Source of the DNA: Bdellovibrionales bacterium | Lineage (GTDB): Bacteria > Bdellovibrionota > UBA1018 > CAIMNF01 | DNA length: 64,000 bases | NCBI GenBank assembly: GCA_040380025.1 | Contig: JBEIJY010000009.1 | Coordinates: 26,034 to 90,033 of the forward strand | Direction: 5' to 3' | Shown: one piece after another, positions 47,573 through 56,892 of the stretch | Numbering within the stretch: position 1 is the stretch's first letter | How the letters are laid out: each line of letters starts with the position of its first letter | Position numbers and translations under genes: made by a program | Notes under the pieces: model-generated | Database searches by the model: none | The model's input: the letters and a program-made list of their open reading frames with translations, nothing else | Told to the model about the DNA's origin: nothing

Positions 47573-48423
47573 GTTGTCCCCCTTTGGAACAGCGCCCAGA
47601 ACCCGCGCGGTTTGATGCCGAGGGCTCGTTTTGCGAGTGCACCGTCGATCCGGCGGACCCGCGCTTCGGCCGCAAACGCGATCACCCGGCCGCACAGATG
47701 GTTGATTCGCCGGGGCATCCCGCCCGAAAGCTCATGGATGACCCGCACGGCGGAGTCTTCAAACCGAATGAAGTTGCCGTTCACGACCTTTTCGATCCGG
47801 CCCTGGATGTATCGCGCCGTTTCTTCCGCGCAGAGGGGGTTCAGATTCGAGTGAACCGCAACCCGCTGGGCGAGCTGACGCAAATCGGGTCGCGCCAGAA
47901 TTCCGACCAACTCGGGCTGACCGACGAGCACGATCTGAAGGAGCTTGCGATTGCGGGTTTCGAGATTCGTGAGTAGACGGATCATCTCGAGCGACTCGGG
48001 GCTGATCGCCTGCGCCTCATCGATGACGAGGACCGAACGCCGGCCTTCGCGATCGCTCTTCAGTAAGAATTCGTTCAGGTGATCGACCCAAGCCTTGGTG
48101 CTGTAAAGACGCTTTTCGGGAGCGGGAACCTCGAACTCCTCACACACGGCTTGCAACAGCTCGAACTCGCTGAAGCGCGGAAACAAAATGAGAGCGGTAT
48201 TCGCGGCCGGGCCCGGATTCGTGAGGAGCATGCGGGCAAGAAGGGTCTTGCCTGTGCCAACCTCGCCGGTCAGAACGCTGAATCCGCGGCCCAGGGCAAT
48301 GGCCGAGGAAAGCTCGGCGAGCGCGCGGCTGTGCTGGGGAATCGCGCAAAAAAAGTCCGGGTCCGGAGTCTCTCCGAACGGATCTTTTTCGAGATTGAAG
48401 AATTTGTTGTAGTAGGTCTTCAT
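47569..48423 (-). CDS. ExeA/MshM-like AAA ATPase (ATPase domain only)
   Basis: Y..FF.L..DPF..TPDP.FF, GEVGTGKT, IDEAQ, LLTNLET, LVGQPEL, G.PR.IN.LC. Confidence 0.9.
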   Translation of the reverse strand: MKTYYNKFFNLEKDPFGETPDPDFFCAIPQHSRALAELSSAIALGRGFSVLTGEVGTGKTLLARMLLTNPGPAANTALILFPRFSEFELLQAVCEEFEVPAPEKRLYSTKAWVDHLNEFLLKSDREGRRSVLVIDEAQAISPESLEMIRLLTNLETRNRKLLQIVLVGQPELVGILARPDLRQLAQRVAVHSNLNPLCAEETARYIQGRIEKVVNGNFIRFEDSAVRVIHELSGGMPRRINHLCGRVIAFAAEARVRRIDGALAKRALGIKPRGFWALFQRGTT

Positions 48424-48526
48424 ACGCCCTTCCCTCTTTCCTTTCGGAAATCAAGGAGCAGGGCTTGAATCGTTTTTGTGACAAGAGAACAAGGAATTGC
48501 CCCATCGGGCAGTCAAAACTCAGACG

Positions 48527-49018
48527 CTAAAAGGCATTCTCGAGGACCGCTTCTCCGTTGTTATTCGTGTTGGCTTTGATCACCCCTGTGGTCTCGTCGT
48601 AACACCAGCCCCCGGTGTTGTCACAGGTTGCAATCACGTCGTCTGCCGCAGTGGCATCAGCAGCTTCGTTCCAAGGATTCGAGGGAATCCCGCCTTGAAC
48701 AAACGGACGATCCCCGACCGGAACCGCTGCAGTGAATGAAGAACACGAGGTATCGGTGATATCGTTGGCCTCGACATCATCAAAATCGGGCCAAGCACCA
48801 CTGGTCACCTCACACCGAATCGCCATCATCGCCCGTTGGGCGGCGATCCCTCGCCGAAGAACCTGCAAACTGGATTTGGTCGCGGCATTCTTCGCATCCT
48901 TGCTGAAGTTCACGAACTGCGTGATTCCGATCGTGGCGAGGATTCCGATCACGAGAATCACCATCAGCAATTCGATCAAGGTGAAGCCTGTTTTATCGAG
49001 TTTTTTGTTTTTCAGCAC
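48527..49018 (-). CDS. type IV major pilin-like protein (paralog of 40791-41351)
   Basis: TGFTLIELLMVILVI; IPSNPW, GWCY...GVI.A; GGAGAGG RBS. Confidence 0.9.
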   Translation of the reverse strand: MLKNKKLDKTGFTLIELLMVILVIGILATIGITQFVNFSKDAKNAATKSSLQVLRRGIAAQRAMMAIRCEVTSGAWPDFDDVEANDITDTSCSSFTAAVPVGDRPFVQGGIPSNPWNEAADATAADDVIATCDNTGGWCYDETTGVIKANTNNNGEAVLENAF

Positions 49019-49214
49019 GCGTTCCTCTCCTCAACCGTTCATGAAGAAAAATCCTTCTATGCTTAAATCATCAGGCACAATTCCATAAAAGTGTACAAAT
49101 ATTGATCAATTTCGTGTCATTTTTATAGACACTCAAAAATTGCGTCAAAATTTAGGCGAAAAACCACATCAAAAAAAGTCTCACTTTACTGCGCTTTTTG
49201 TTCGATGAGAGATC

Positions 49215-50933
49215 ATGGGAACTCCCCTTCCATCGCGAACCCTTTCGCTCACCGCTCACCGAAGACTGGGCGACGTGCTCCTTGAGCGAAATCTTCTGAC
49301 TGCGACACAATTCGAAGAGGCGAGCCAGCGTGCGGCGTTCCAGCGCATTCGTGTCAGCGAGTATTTGCTGAAAGAATCCCTCGTCTCGCCACTCGATCTT
49401 GCCAAGGCGCTTGCCACCCAATACGAAGTCGAGTTCCTCGATCTCGATCAGGTGCAGATCCAACCCGAGGTCACGAAGCTCATTCCCGAGATGATCGTCC
49501 GGAACTTCTTGATCCTCCCGGTCGAACTCAAGGCGAACACGCTGGTTCTGGTCACTCCTGACCCGATTCAGATCCTGAAGCTCGAGAACCTGAAACATCA
49601 GCTTCCCGAGAGCCTGGAGGTGAAGGTCTGCACGAAGACTCAAATCGAAGAAGCCATTCCCCGCCTGTACAAGAACGACCAGGCGGTGGATCGCATCGTC
49701 AAACACCTGTCGAAGCGCCAGAGCTCGAAAAAATCTGCATCACAGAGCCAAACCATCGGAACCGGTCAAAAAAGCTCGGCGCCCTCGGTCGAAGCCCTCG
49801 TGAACAAGTTTCTCGAACGTGCCCTTGCCGATCGGGCGAGTGACGTGCACATCGACCCGTCCGAAGAAAAGGTCCGCGTGCGGATTCGAATCGACGGCAT
49901 TTTGCACGAGATCCACACCCTGCCCCCCGAGCTTCATCCGAGTGTTTCGTCGCGGATCAAAGTTCTCTCGAATCTCGACATCTCGGAGCGTCGGCAACCC
50001 CAGGACGGCGGGTTCCGGCACCAGGGCCATTCGGGCCCGGTCGACATCCGGGTATCGACCCTTCCCACGGCCTTCGGCGAGAAGATCGTGCTCCGTCTTT
50101 TGGATCGCTCCATGATGCGGGGCTCGTTCGTGCAGATCGGGATGAGCCCGACCCTCTCGAACGTCATGATGGCCCTCCTTGATCGTCCGCATGGAATCGT
50201 GTTCATCACCGGCCCCACCGGAAGCGGAAAAACCACCACGCTTTATTCGATGCTGAACCAGATCGACAGCATCGAGCGGAATGTGATCACGGTCGAAGAC
50301 CCGATTGAATTCAAATTCGATACGATCAATCAGGTGCAGGTGAACGAAAAAGCGGGCCTCACGTTTGCGGGGCTCTTGAAGCACATTTTGCGTCAGGACC
50401 CGGATGTGCTCATGATCGGAGAGGTGCGGGATCAAGAGACCGCCGATCTTTCGGTCCGCGCGGCCCTGACCGGGCATCTGGTCTTGAGCACGATCCACAC
50501 CAATGATTCGGTCAGCACTCCGACCCGGTTGATCGACATGGGAGTCGAGCCGTTTCTTCTAGCCTCCGGTCTTACCGCCGTGATCGCCCAGCGTCTGGTG
50601 CGCATGCTTTGCCTTCATTGCCGCAAAAAAACAACGCTTTCCAAAGAGGACGCCCGGCTTCTCGGAACCACCACCCTCGCCCCGGGCTCTGCGATACATG
50701 AGCCGGTCGGGTGCGATAAATGCTTGAACTCGGGTTACCAGAACCGGATCGCGCTTTTTGAGTTCATGCCGATTGACGAATTTGTGAGGCAGGCGATCAT
50801 CGAGCGCCGTCCCGAAAGCGAGATCCTGAAGTACCTGAACTCGCGCGGATTCATCAGCATGCGACAAGACGGGATCGACAAGATCGCGTCCGGGATCACC
50901 TCGGTCGAGGAAGTCCTGAAAGCCACCATCTGA
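49215..50933 (+). CDS. pilB: type IV pilus/T2SS assembly ATPase (PilB/GspE/MshE)
   Basis: RLG N-terminus; ASDVHI, DISERR.PQDG, GPTGSGKTTT, RQDPD, TGHLVLST.H, C..C / C..C zinc motif. Confidence 0.95.
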   Translation: MGTPLPSRTLSLTAHRRLGDVLLERNLLTATQFEEASQRAAFQRIRVSEYLLKESLVSPLDLAKALATQYEVEFLDLDQVQIQPEVTKLIPEMIVRNFLILPVELKANTLVLVTPDPIQILKLENLKHQLPESLEVKVCTKTQIEEAIPRLYKNDQAVDRIVKHLSKRQSSKKSASQSQTIGTGQKSSAPSVEALVNKFLERALADRASDVHIDPSEEKVRVRIRIDGILHEIHTLPPELHPSVSSRIKVLSNLDISERRQPQDGGFRHQGHSGPVDIRVSTLPTAFGEKIVLRLLDRSMMRGSFVQIGMSPTLSNVMMALLDRPHGIVFITGPTGSGKTTTLYSMLNQIDSIERNVITVEDPIEFKFDTINQVQVNEKAGLTFAGLLKHILRQDPDVLMIGEVRDQETADLSVRAALTGHLVLSTIHTNDSVSTPTRLIDMGVEPFLLASGLTAVIAQRLVRMLCLHCRKKTTLSKEDARLLGTTTLAPGSAIHEPVGCDKCLNSGYQNRIALFEFMPIDEFVRQAIIERRPESEILKYLNSRGFISMRQDGIDKIASGITSVEEVLKATI

Positions 50934-50945
50934 AAGATTTTTACT

Positions 50946-51797
50946 TCAGTACGAGTACTCGTCCTGCTCTTCGGGGGCCTCGAGGTACCCGACGAAGGTC
51001 TTGATCTTCTGCAAGCGCTTTTCGACTGCGGGCTTCACGACCGGATCCACGCCCGGTCTTGCGAGGAAGGCCTCGTATTCGGTGATCGCATCTTCGGGTC
51101 GCCCCGCGAGTTCCAATACCCGCGCAAGATTCAGGCGCGCGTCTCCGTATTCGGGCTGCATGGCGATCGCCTTCCGCAACAGCATCTGGGCCTGGCCGTA
51201 GTTTTTTTCGGCAATCGAGATCGCTCCGAGATTGTTGTAAATCGCGGCCACCTTGGGGGACTTCGCGAGGGCCTGCCCGGGACGAAGGAGTTGCTCGGCT
51301 TTCTTCAAGAAATCGCGCGATTTTTTAAGATCGCCCTGCTTCAGGAGGGTCATCGAGATGTTCATGGCGATGCTCGAATTCTTGGGCTTTCGCTCGAAGA
51401 TCTCCATGAAGATCGCAAGCGCCTCGGGATACTTTTGTTCGCGGTAGAGCTCGATCGCGCGGGCGTTTTTGGCCTCATCGGCATCAACTAGAGGGGTGGC
51501 GGTCGCCTCGGGGGTGGCAAGAGCGCTCGGCGTCGAAGCCTGAAGTGAGGATTCATTCGGAAGAACCGGCTCGGGCGTGTGGAGCACGAACCGGACTCCC
51601 GCCACGATTCCGACCACCGCGAGGGTGGCGAGAAGCGGGAGCAGGCTTTTTTTCGGCAACGAGGTTTTCTTCTTTGGCTTAAACTGGGCCGAGAAATTCG
51701 GGGGCGGCGGAGGGGGAGGCACAAGCGTGAGCTTCGGCTTGCGCGCGGGCGCATCCTGATTCTCGTCGCGGAGCAGTTGTTTCAGTACCTTGCTCAT
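50946..51797 (-). CDS. membrane-anchored TPR protein (MshN/GspB-like position)
   Basis: MS..LK.L N-terminus, Pro-rich linker, TM, TPR repeats (YNNLG, A.LNLA). Confidence 0.8.
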   Translation of the reverse strand: MSKVLKQLLRDENQDAPARKPKLTLVPPPPPPPNFSAQFKPKKKTSLPKKSLLPLLATLAVVGIVAGVRFVLHTPEPVLPNESSLQASTPSALATPEATATPLVDADEAKNARAIELYREQKYPEALAIFMEIFERKPKNSSIAMNISMTLLKQGDLKKSRDFLKKAEQLLRPGQALAKSPKVAAIYNNLGAISIAEKNYGQAQMLLRKAIAMQPEYGDARLNLARVLELAGRPEDAITEYEAFLARPGVDPVVKPAVEKRLQKIKTFVGYLEAPEEQDEYSY

Positions 51798-51864
51798 GGG
51801 CCTCCTTGCCTCTGTTCGGCGGGAACCGTCAAATTCTTGAGTCAATATTTTGCTCAAGCTGCAC

Positions 51865-51922
51865 AAACTGCCCCCTTTGATTGTGCTTTTGCGCCATGCG
51901 GGCACGCCCAAGGGGGCAGTTT
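51865..51922. repeat. modular palindromic repeat, short core-less copy E2
   Basis: AAACTGCCCCCTTTGATTGTGC...GCACGCCCAAGGGGGCAGTTT. Confidence 0.8.
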
Positions 51923-51967
51923 TCAGTTTGTGTTCAATCCGACCTTAGCCCGGAGTACACTCTCCTC

Positions 51968-52780
51968 ATGGCTCGAAGAGACGGCTTCACCCTGATCGAA
52001 GTCCTGATCCTGGTTCTGCTGACCGGCATCCTTGCCGTGGCGGCGATCACGGCTTTTTCTTCGTCCACGAACGAGGCGCGGGCGGCCGTCACAATCCAAC
52101 AACTTCTGCAATTCAAGGCGGCCCTGATGGGCGAAGACGCCGGAGGCCCCACCGGCGAACGCTTCGGGTTTTTGGGCGATCTGGGCGCCTACCCCTCCGC
52201 CGCCGTGGGAATCGCAGGGTTGCTCTCGTATCCCGCGACCCTGAACCCCTGGATCATCGACACTGATGCCAAGTTCGGCTCGGGCTGGAACGGCCCCTAC
52301 CTTGCCGAAACAGATCTTCTCGGCACGGACCTGAGCACAGACGGATGGGGAAACTCCTTCGTGTACAGCGATGCCACCGATCCGGTCACGGTTTCGAGCT
52401 TGGGCGCCGATGGCGCCGCAGGGGGGACGGGGCTCAACTCGGACATTACGCTGGTTCTACCGACGAGTTTAAAGAGCGCAAGCGTCCACGGGCTGATTCA
52501 AGACAGCGGAGCCCAATGGAATGGCACCGCCGAAGTCGAAATCAACTATCCTGATGGCAACACCGGAGCCATCACCCAACAAACCGTGAATGTCGCGCCC
52601 GGGAATTTCGGCGCATTCAAATTCACCGGCATTCCGGCCGGAGAACGCTCGGTCACGATCTACCTGCCCAGCATTGCGGCCTACACCCGCGTTCATGGTC
52701 CGTTTTTGGTTCGCGTGAACCGACCGCATGTTTCGGTGGTTTTGGGAACTGCGGCGAATCCGCTCAATCTGACTCCCTGA
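51968..52780 (+). CDS. type IV prepilin/pseudopilin (paralog of 39049-39882)
   Basis: DGFTLIEVL; FGF.GD.GA.P, GWNGPY, DGWG, GADGA.GGTGL, YPDG, RS.T.Y.P. Confidence 0.88.
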   Translation: MARRDGFTLIEVLILVLLTGILAVAAITAFSSSTNEARAAVTIQQLLQFKAALMGEDAGGPTGERFGFLGDLGAYPSAAVGIAGLLSYPATLNPWIIDTDAKFGSGWNGPYLAETDLLGTDLSTDGWGNSFVYSDATDPVTVSSLGADGAAGGTGLNSDITLVLPTSLKSASVHGLIQDSGAQWNGTAEVEINYPDGNTGAITQQTVNVAPGNFGAFKFTGIPAGERSVTIYLPSIAAYTRVHGPFLVRVNRPHVSVVLGTAANPLNLTP

Positions 52781-52783
52781 CTC

Positions 52784-52812
52784 TTTACCTGACCCCGATT
52801 CGGTGCTACAGT
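52784..52812 (+). promoter_or_regulatory. sigma70 promoter of tRNA-Arg
   Basis: TTTACC-N17-TACAGT with extended TG. Confidence 0.5.
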
Positions 52813-52837
52813 CAGTTTTGGCTGAAATCATCACAGT

Positions 52838-52915
52838 GTCCTCTTAGCTCAGCCTGGATAGAGCGTTAGCCTCCGGAGCTAAAGGTCAGAGGTTCGAATC
52901 CTCTAGAGGACGCCA
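52838..52915 (+). tRNA. tRNA-Arg (CCG)
   Basis: GTCCTCT/AGAGGAC acceptor stem, TTAGC-CT CCG GA-GCTAA anticodon arm, GGTTCGAATCC, CCA end. Confidence 0.96.
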
Positions 52916-52972
52916 TTCTCCATCATCAGTACCCGGAATTCCGTTAACTGCATTCTGGGTACGGAACCGAAT

Positions 52973-54202
52973 TCAATTCCCCGTTCGGTACTCCACCCGG
53001 AGTTCCTTCTCGATGGCCGAAGATGCGAGCGCTCCGGTCAGTTCGATCGTGTTCCGTTCGGGGTGGTACAGGTACCCGCCCTGAGAACCCGCCGGGACTT
53101 CCACCCCATCAACGCTCACCACGAGTCGAGCCGCATCCGCAGGTCTTTCGCTCAAGGTGAACTCCACGCTCGCCTGCCGGACCATCCCCTGCGAGATTGC
53201 CAACAGATCGGACGAAAAATTCCTGCTGATGTCGTAGTTCCGCCCCGAGAGGATCTGCGAAGCGGCAAGGTAGCGCGAAGGATAATACTGAATCTCTCCC
53301 GGGCTCGGGGTTCGCGTCGGGGCGGTAGCCCCAAGGTTGATGATGAAGTCAAAGCGCGCTCCCCGCGACTCCGGCCCCGAAAGCGCCTCGACCTGAGCCC
53401 TCAGGCGCTCCACGCGATTTTGAATGGTTTCTCCGTCTTGGATGTCTTCGTTCTCGTCCGAGACCACCACGAAGGCAAGAAGGGAATCGCGACGAAAAAA
53501 CCCTTGATTGTACCCGCCCCCGCCGCTCATCGAAGATTCGGTCGCATACAAAAACGAGGCAAGGCATTGCTCCCGACTGCTTCCGGCAGTGCCGACCTGT
53601 ACGTTCTCTTGGAACTTCGGAATGATCTGAGACGTACTGTTGGTCAAATAGCGATCCGACTCGTAGCGACTCAAAAGACGTCCACGATTCGCGCCCGGAT
53701 ACGCCGGCAGACGCGTTCTCCACACGCTCGAGCGGGTGCTATCGACATCAGAAGTCACAAGACCGATGTGGTAGTCCAAGCCGCCCGCGGTGAACTCCTG
53801 AATGAATCCCCCGAAGGAGTCCGCAAGAAGCCTCTGGTTGTCTGCCATGCTGGCCGAGTTATCGACGCAAAAAAGAACATCGATTTTGGGAGCGCCGGGT
53901 CTAGGAACCCGGAACACATCCCGAACCAGAGAAAGCTCCACTGGGGTCGAAGAAGGAGCGGGAACCGGAGTGGGAGCCGGATTCTCGTTGGGCGGGAATG
54001 GTTCGGGCAAGCCCGAGGAACTTCCCCCTCCTGCTCCCGGCCCCGACAAACCCGGGACTCCCTCATTCAGCGTGCTGAAAAACTGTCGGTTCTCTCCGAA
54101 CAAGCACCCCGACAATAAAACCCCGAACGCGGATCCCAAAACGAGGGGCCTCGCGACGCGAGCAAAACGAGCTTTCTTCATCCTTGCGAGCTTCATGGTC
54201 AT
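52973..54202 (-). CDS. vWA/MIDAS-domain lipoprotein
   Basis: Lipobox LSGC, G/S/P-rich linker, DVLFCVDNSASM (DxSxS), VVVSDENE. Confidence 0.78.
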   Translation of the reverse strand: MTMKLARMKKARFARVARPLVLGSAFGVLLSGCLFGENRQFFSTLNEGVPGLSGPGAGGGSSSGLPEPFPPNENPAPTPVPAPSSTPVELSLVRDVFRVPRPGAPKIDVLFCVDNSASMADNQRLLADSFGGFIQEFTAGGLDYHIGLVTSDVDSTRSSVWRTRLPAYPGANRGRLLSRYESDRYLTNSTSQIIPKFQENVQVGTAGSSREQCLASFLYATESSMSGGGGYNQGFFRRDSLLAFVVVSDENEDIQDGETIQNRVERLRAQVEALSGPESRGARFDFIINLGATAPTRTPSPGEIQYYPSRYLAASQILSGRNYDISRNFSSDLLAISQGMVRQASVEFTLSERPADAARLVVSVDGVEVPAGSQGGYLYHPERNTIELTGALASSAIEKELRVEYRTGN

Positions 54203-54383
54203 CTCTCCTTGATCACCCTGTGATTCTGAACTTTTTCAACACTACGGCCTTGCGCTGAGCGTACTCAACTAAAAAGTTAAGATTATTTTAACATTCAGAA
54301 CTCATGTCGCAGCGCGATTTCCCCGATAGGCAGTCATAAGCGCAGTATCGACCCATTGAACCCCTAAGGGAGACCTGAGGACT

Positions 54384-56216
54384 GTGAAACTCAATTTCAG
54401 AAACCGCATGCTACTGACGATCGCCATTTCTTGCTTGATCTGCACCGCCTCCGCGATTGTCTTATCCGCGAGAAAACTGAATACCAACGGCGAAGACGCC
54501 CTGGTCGAGAAGTCACGCGCCATCCTCTCGCGCCTCGAAGTCGGCGCCGGCTATGTGGCCCAAATGGACACCCTCGACGCCGCCATCGCCGACACGATGA
54601 AGAAATTCCCGGACGGCAACATTTCAGAAGAGCAAAAAATGAAAGTCCTGAAGAGCGTTCCGATCTTCGCCGCCTTCCGGATCGGCGACACGAACGCCGC
54701 CAAAGAGAACTATCAATTCCGGGTGGCATCGGACAAACCGCGGAACAAGGAAAACCTGGCCACCGCCGAAGAAGAGGAGCTCATCCAGAAATTCCGCTCG
54801 AATCCCGAGATGAAGGAGCACACCGAGACCACCGCGGACGGCAAGTTCATCAAGGTCTCGCGCCCGGTCCGGATCTCGCAAAAACAAGGATGCCTTCTTT
54901 GTCATGGCGATCCGGCCACCAGCCCCTGGAAGAACGGCAAGGACATCCTGGGCTATCAGATGGAGAACATGAAGGACGGCGACATGCGCGGAACCTTCAC
55001 GATCATCTCGAGCCTTGAACCCGTGAAAGCCGCCGTCGCGGCCTCGACCCAGACCATTCTGTTCTGGGGAATCGTGATCACCGTGATCTCGATGCTTCTC
55101 GCCTTCTTTTTGATTCGCGGACCGATCTCGAACCTGAACCTTCTTGCGAACAACCTCTCGGAGACCGCCGAAGAGGTGGCCTCCGCATCGGCGCAAATCG
55201 CTTCCACCAGTGTTCAACTTTCGTCGGGCGTGACCGAGCAGGCCGCGGCCCTCCAGCAAACCTCCGCCTCGATGGAAGAAATGAACGCCATGGTGAACCG
55301 AAACGCCGAGAACTCGCTCAAATCGCTGAGCGTCGCCGAAGACAGCCATAAGAACGCCGAAAAAGGGAAATCCGTCGTGCAAGACATGATCCAGTCGATC
55401 CAGCACATCGATCGGAGTAACGGCGATATCATGACCCAGATCGAAGAAAGCAACCGCCAGATGGGCGAGATCGTGAAGCTCATCTCGGACATCGGCGCAA
55501 AAACCAAGATCATCAACGAGATCGTGTTCCAGACAAAGCTCCTCTCATTCAACGCCTCGGTCGAGGCGGCCCGGGCGGGCGAACACGGCAAGGGCTTCGC
55601 CGTGGTGGCCGAGGAGGTCGGAAATCTCGCTCAGATGAGCGGGGGCGCGGCCGCCGAGATCACGCAGATTCTCGATCGAAGCATCCGCAGGGTCGAGGAG
55701 ATTGTCGAAGACACGAAATCAAAAGTCGCCACCCTGGTGAGCGTCAGCAAAGAGAATGTCGCCTCCGGTACCCGGGTCGCACTCTCCTGCGGTGAGGTTC
55801 TCGATGAAATCGTCCAGGGAGCATCGAAAGTGAGCCAGATGGCAAGCGAGATCTCCGCGGGCTCGAAAGAGCAATCGAAGGGCGTGAGCGAGATCAACCG
55901 CGCCATGCTCCAGCTGAATCAGGTCACCCATCACAACACGAATTCAGCGCAAGAATCTTCTTCTGCGGCGGAGCGCCTCTCGAAACAAGCGGCAATCCTC
56001 AGAAACTCCATCCTGTCGCTGAAGGGAACCCTCGAAGGAAAGGTCTCGACGGTCTCCGAGAACCAAGGACCGAAGCCGCCCGCGAAGGGACTTTCTTCGG
56101 GCGGGAGCCCGAGCATTGCTCCGGTTGCATCGAAATTCAAAGGGGACGATCACCTTCTCGGACACCCGAGAGCCGATCAGTTCGACGACAACGAAGCGCC
56201 ACACGAGACGCTTTGA
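54384..56216 (+). CDS. methyl-accepting chemotaxis protein with periplasmic heme-c (DUF3365-like) sensor
   Basis: Two TM segments; [44 protein letters not shown]. Confidence 0.93.
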   Translation: MKLNFRNRMLLTIAISCLICTASAIVLSARKLNTNGEDALVEKSRAILSRLEVGAGYVAQMDTLDAAIADTMKKFPDGNISEEQKMKVLKSVPIFAAFRIGDTNAAKENYQFRVASDKPRNKENLATAEEEELIQKFRSNPEMKEHTETTADGKFIKVSRPVRISQKQGCLLCHGDPATSPWKNGKDILGYQMENMKDGDMRGTFTIISSLEPVKAAVAASTQTILFWGIVITVISMLLAFFLIRGPISNLNLLANNLSETAEEVASASAQIASTSVQLSSGVTEQAAALQQTSASMEEMNAMVNRNAENSLKSLSVAEDSHKNAEKGKSVVQDMIQSIQHIDRSNGDIMTQIEESNRQMGEIVKLISDIGAKTKIINEIVFQTKLLSFNASVEAARAGEHGKGFAVVAEEVGNLAQMSGGAAAEITQILDRSIRRVEEIVEDTKSKVATLVSVSKENVASGTRVALSCGEVLDEIVQGASKVSQMASEISAGSKEQSKGVSEINRAMLQLNQVTHHNTNSAQESSSAAERLSKQAAILRNSILSLKGTLEGKVSTVSENQGPKPPAKGLSSGGSPSIAPVASKFKGDDHLLGHPRADQFDDNEAPHETL

Positions 56217-56230
56217 TCCATCCTGCCTGA

Positions 56231-56800
56231 TCAGCCGACTTTTTGAAGAGAGCTCATCAGGTCCTCCCGAGCCAATGCGAAGGCTCCGGACTGACCCGAG
56301 ATGCGCGAAAGAAGCTCAACTCCGACGATCTTTTGCAGGACTCCGAGCGCGAGCGCATCCGAGGGAGCCTTGGACGAGAACTCTCCGCTTTTCTTCCCCT
56401 CTTCCACCACGGTCATGAGCCACTTGAGCTCCACCGCTTGCAAATCGAGGTAAGCCGAGCGAAGGGCCTCGGGAAGACTCGGTCCGTCCAAGCCCAAAGC
56501 CGCATGCGCCGAAACCCGGCCGCGTCCGAACTCTTCTTCCTGATTGGCAAGATAGCGCGCGAACTTCTCGGCAGGAGACAGATCCTTCACTGACTCTTCA
56601 AACTCGCCGAATTTTTTTTGAATGTCCCGGATCACCGCGACCGCAAGACTCTCTTTCGAATCATAGTGCGCGTAGAGGCTGGGCTTCCGGATCGAGATCC
56701 GGTCTGCCAGGTCCTGAAGGCTCAATCCGAAAAATCCGTGACGACGGATCAAGTCTTGGGCTTCAATCAAAATTTTGCGCGAGGTCGATAGTTCAAGCAT
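56231..56800 (-). CDS. TetR/AcrR family regulator
   Basis: G..G.SL.DLA....IRKPSLY.H..SKE.L. Confidence 0.9.
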   Translation of the reverse strand: MLELSTSRKILIEAQDLIRRHGFFGLSLQDLADRISIRKPSLYAHYDSKESLAVAVIRDIQKKFGEFEESVKDLSPAEKFARYLANQEEEFGRGRVSAHAALGLDGPSLPEALRSAYLDLQAVELKWLMTVVEEGKKSGEFSSKAPSDALALGVLQKIVGVELLSRISGQSGAFALAREDLMSSLQKVG

Positions 56801-56892
56801 GAATGAACCATATCCATGGAGGCGCCTCTCCGTCAAGATCAAGAGCGGATCAAGAGATTGAATTCACAAGGGTTCCCCGATACCGTGCCCCC

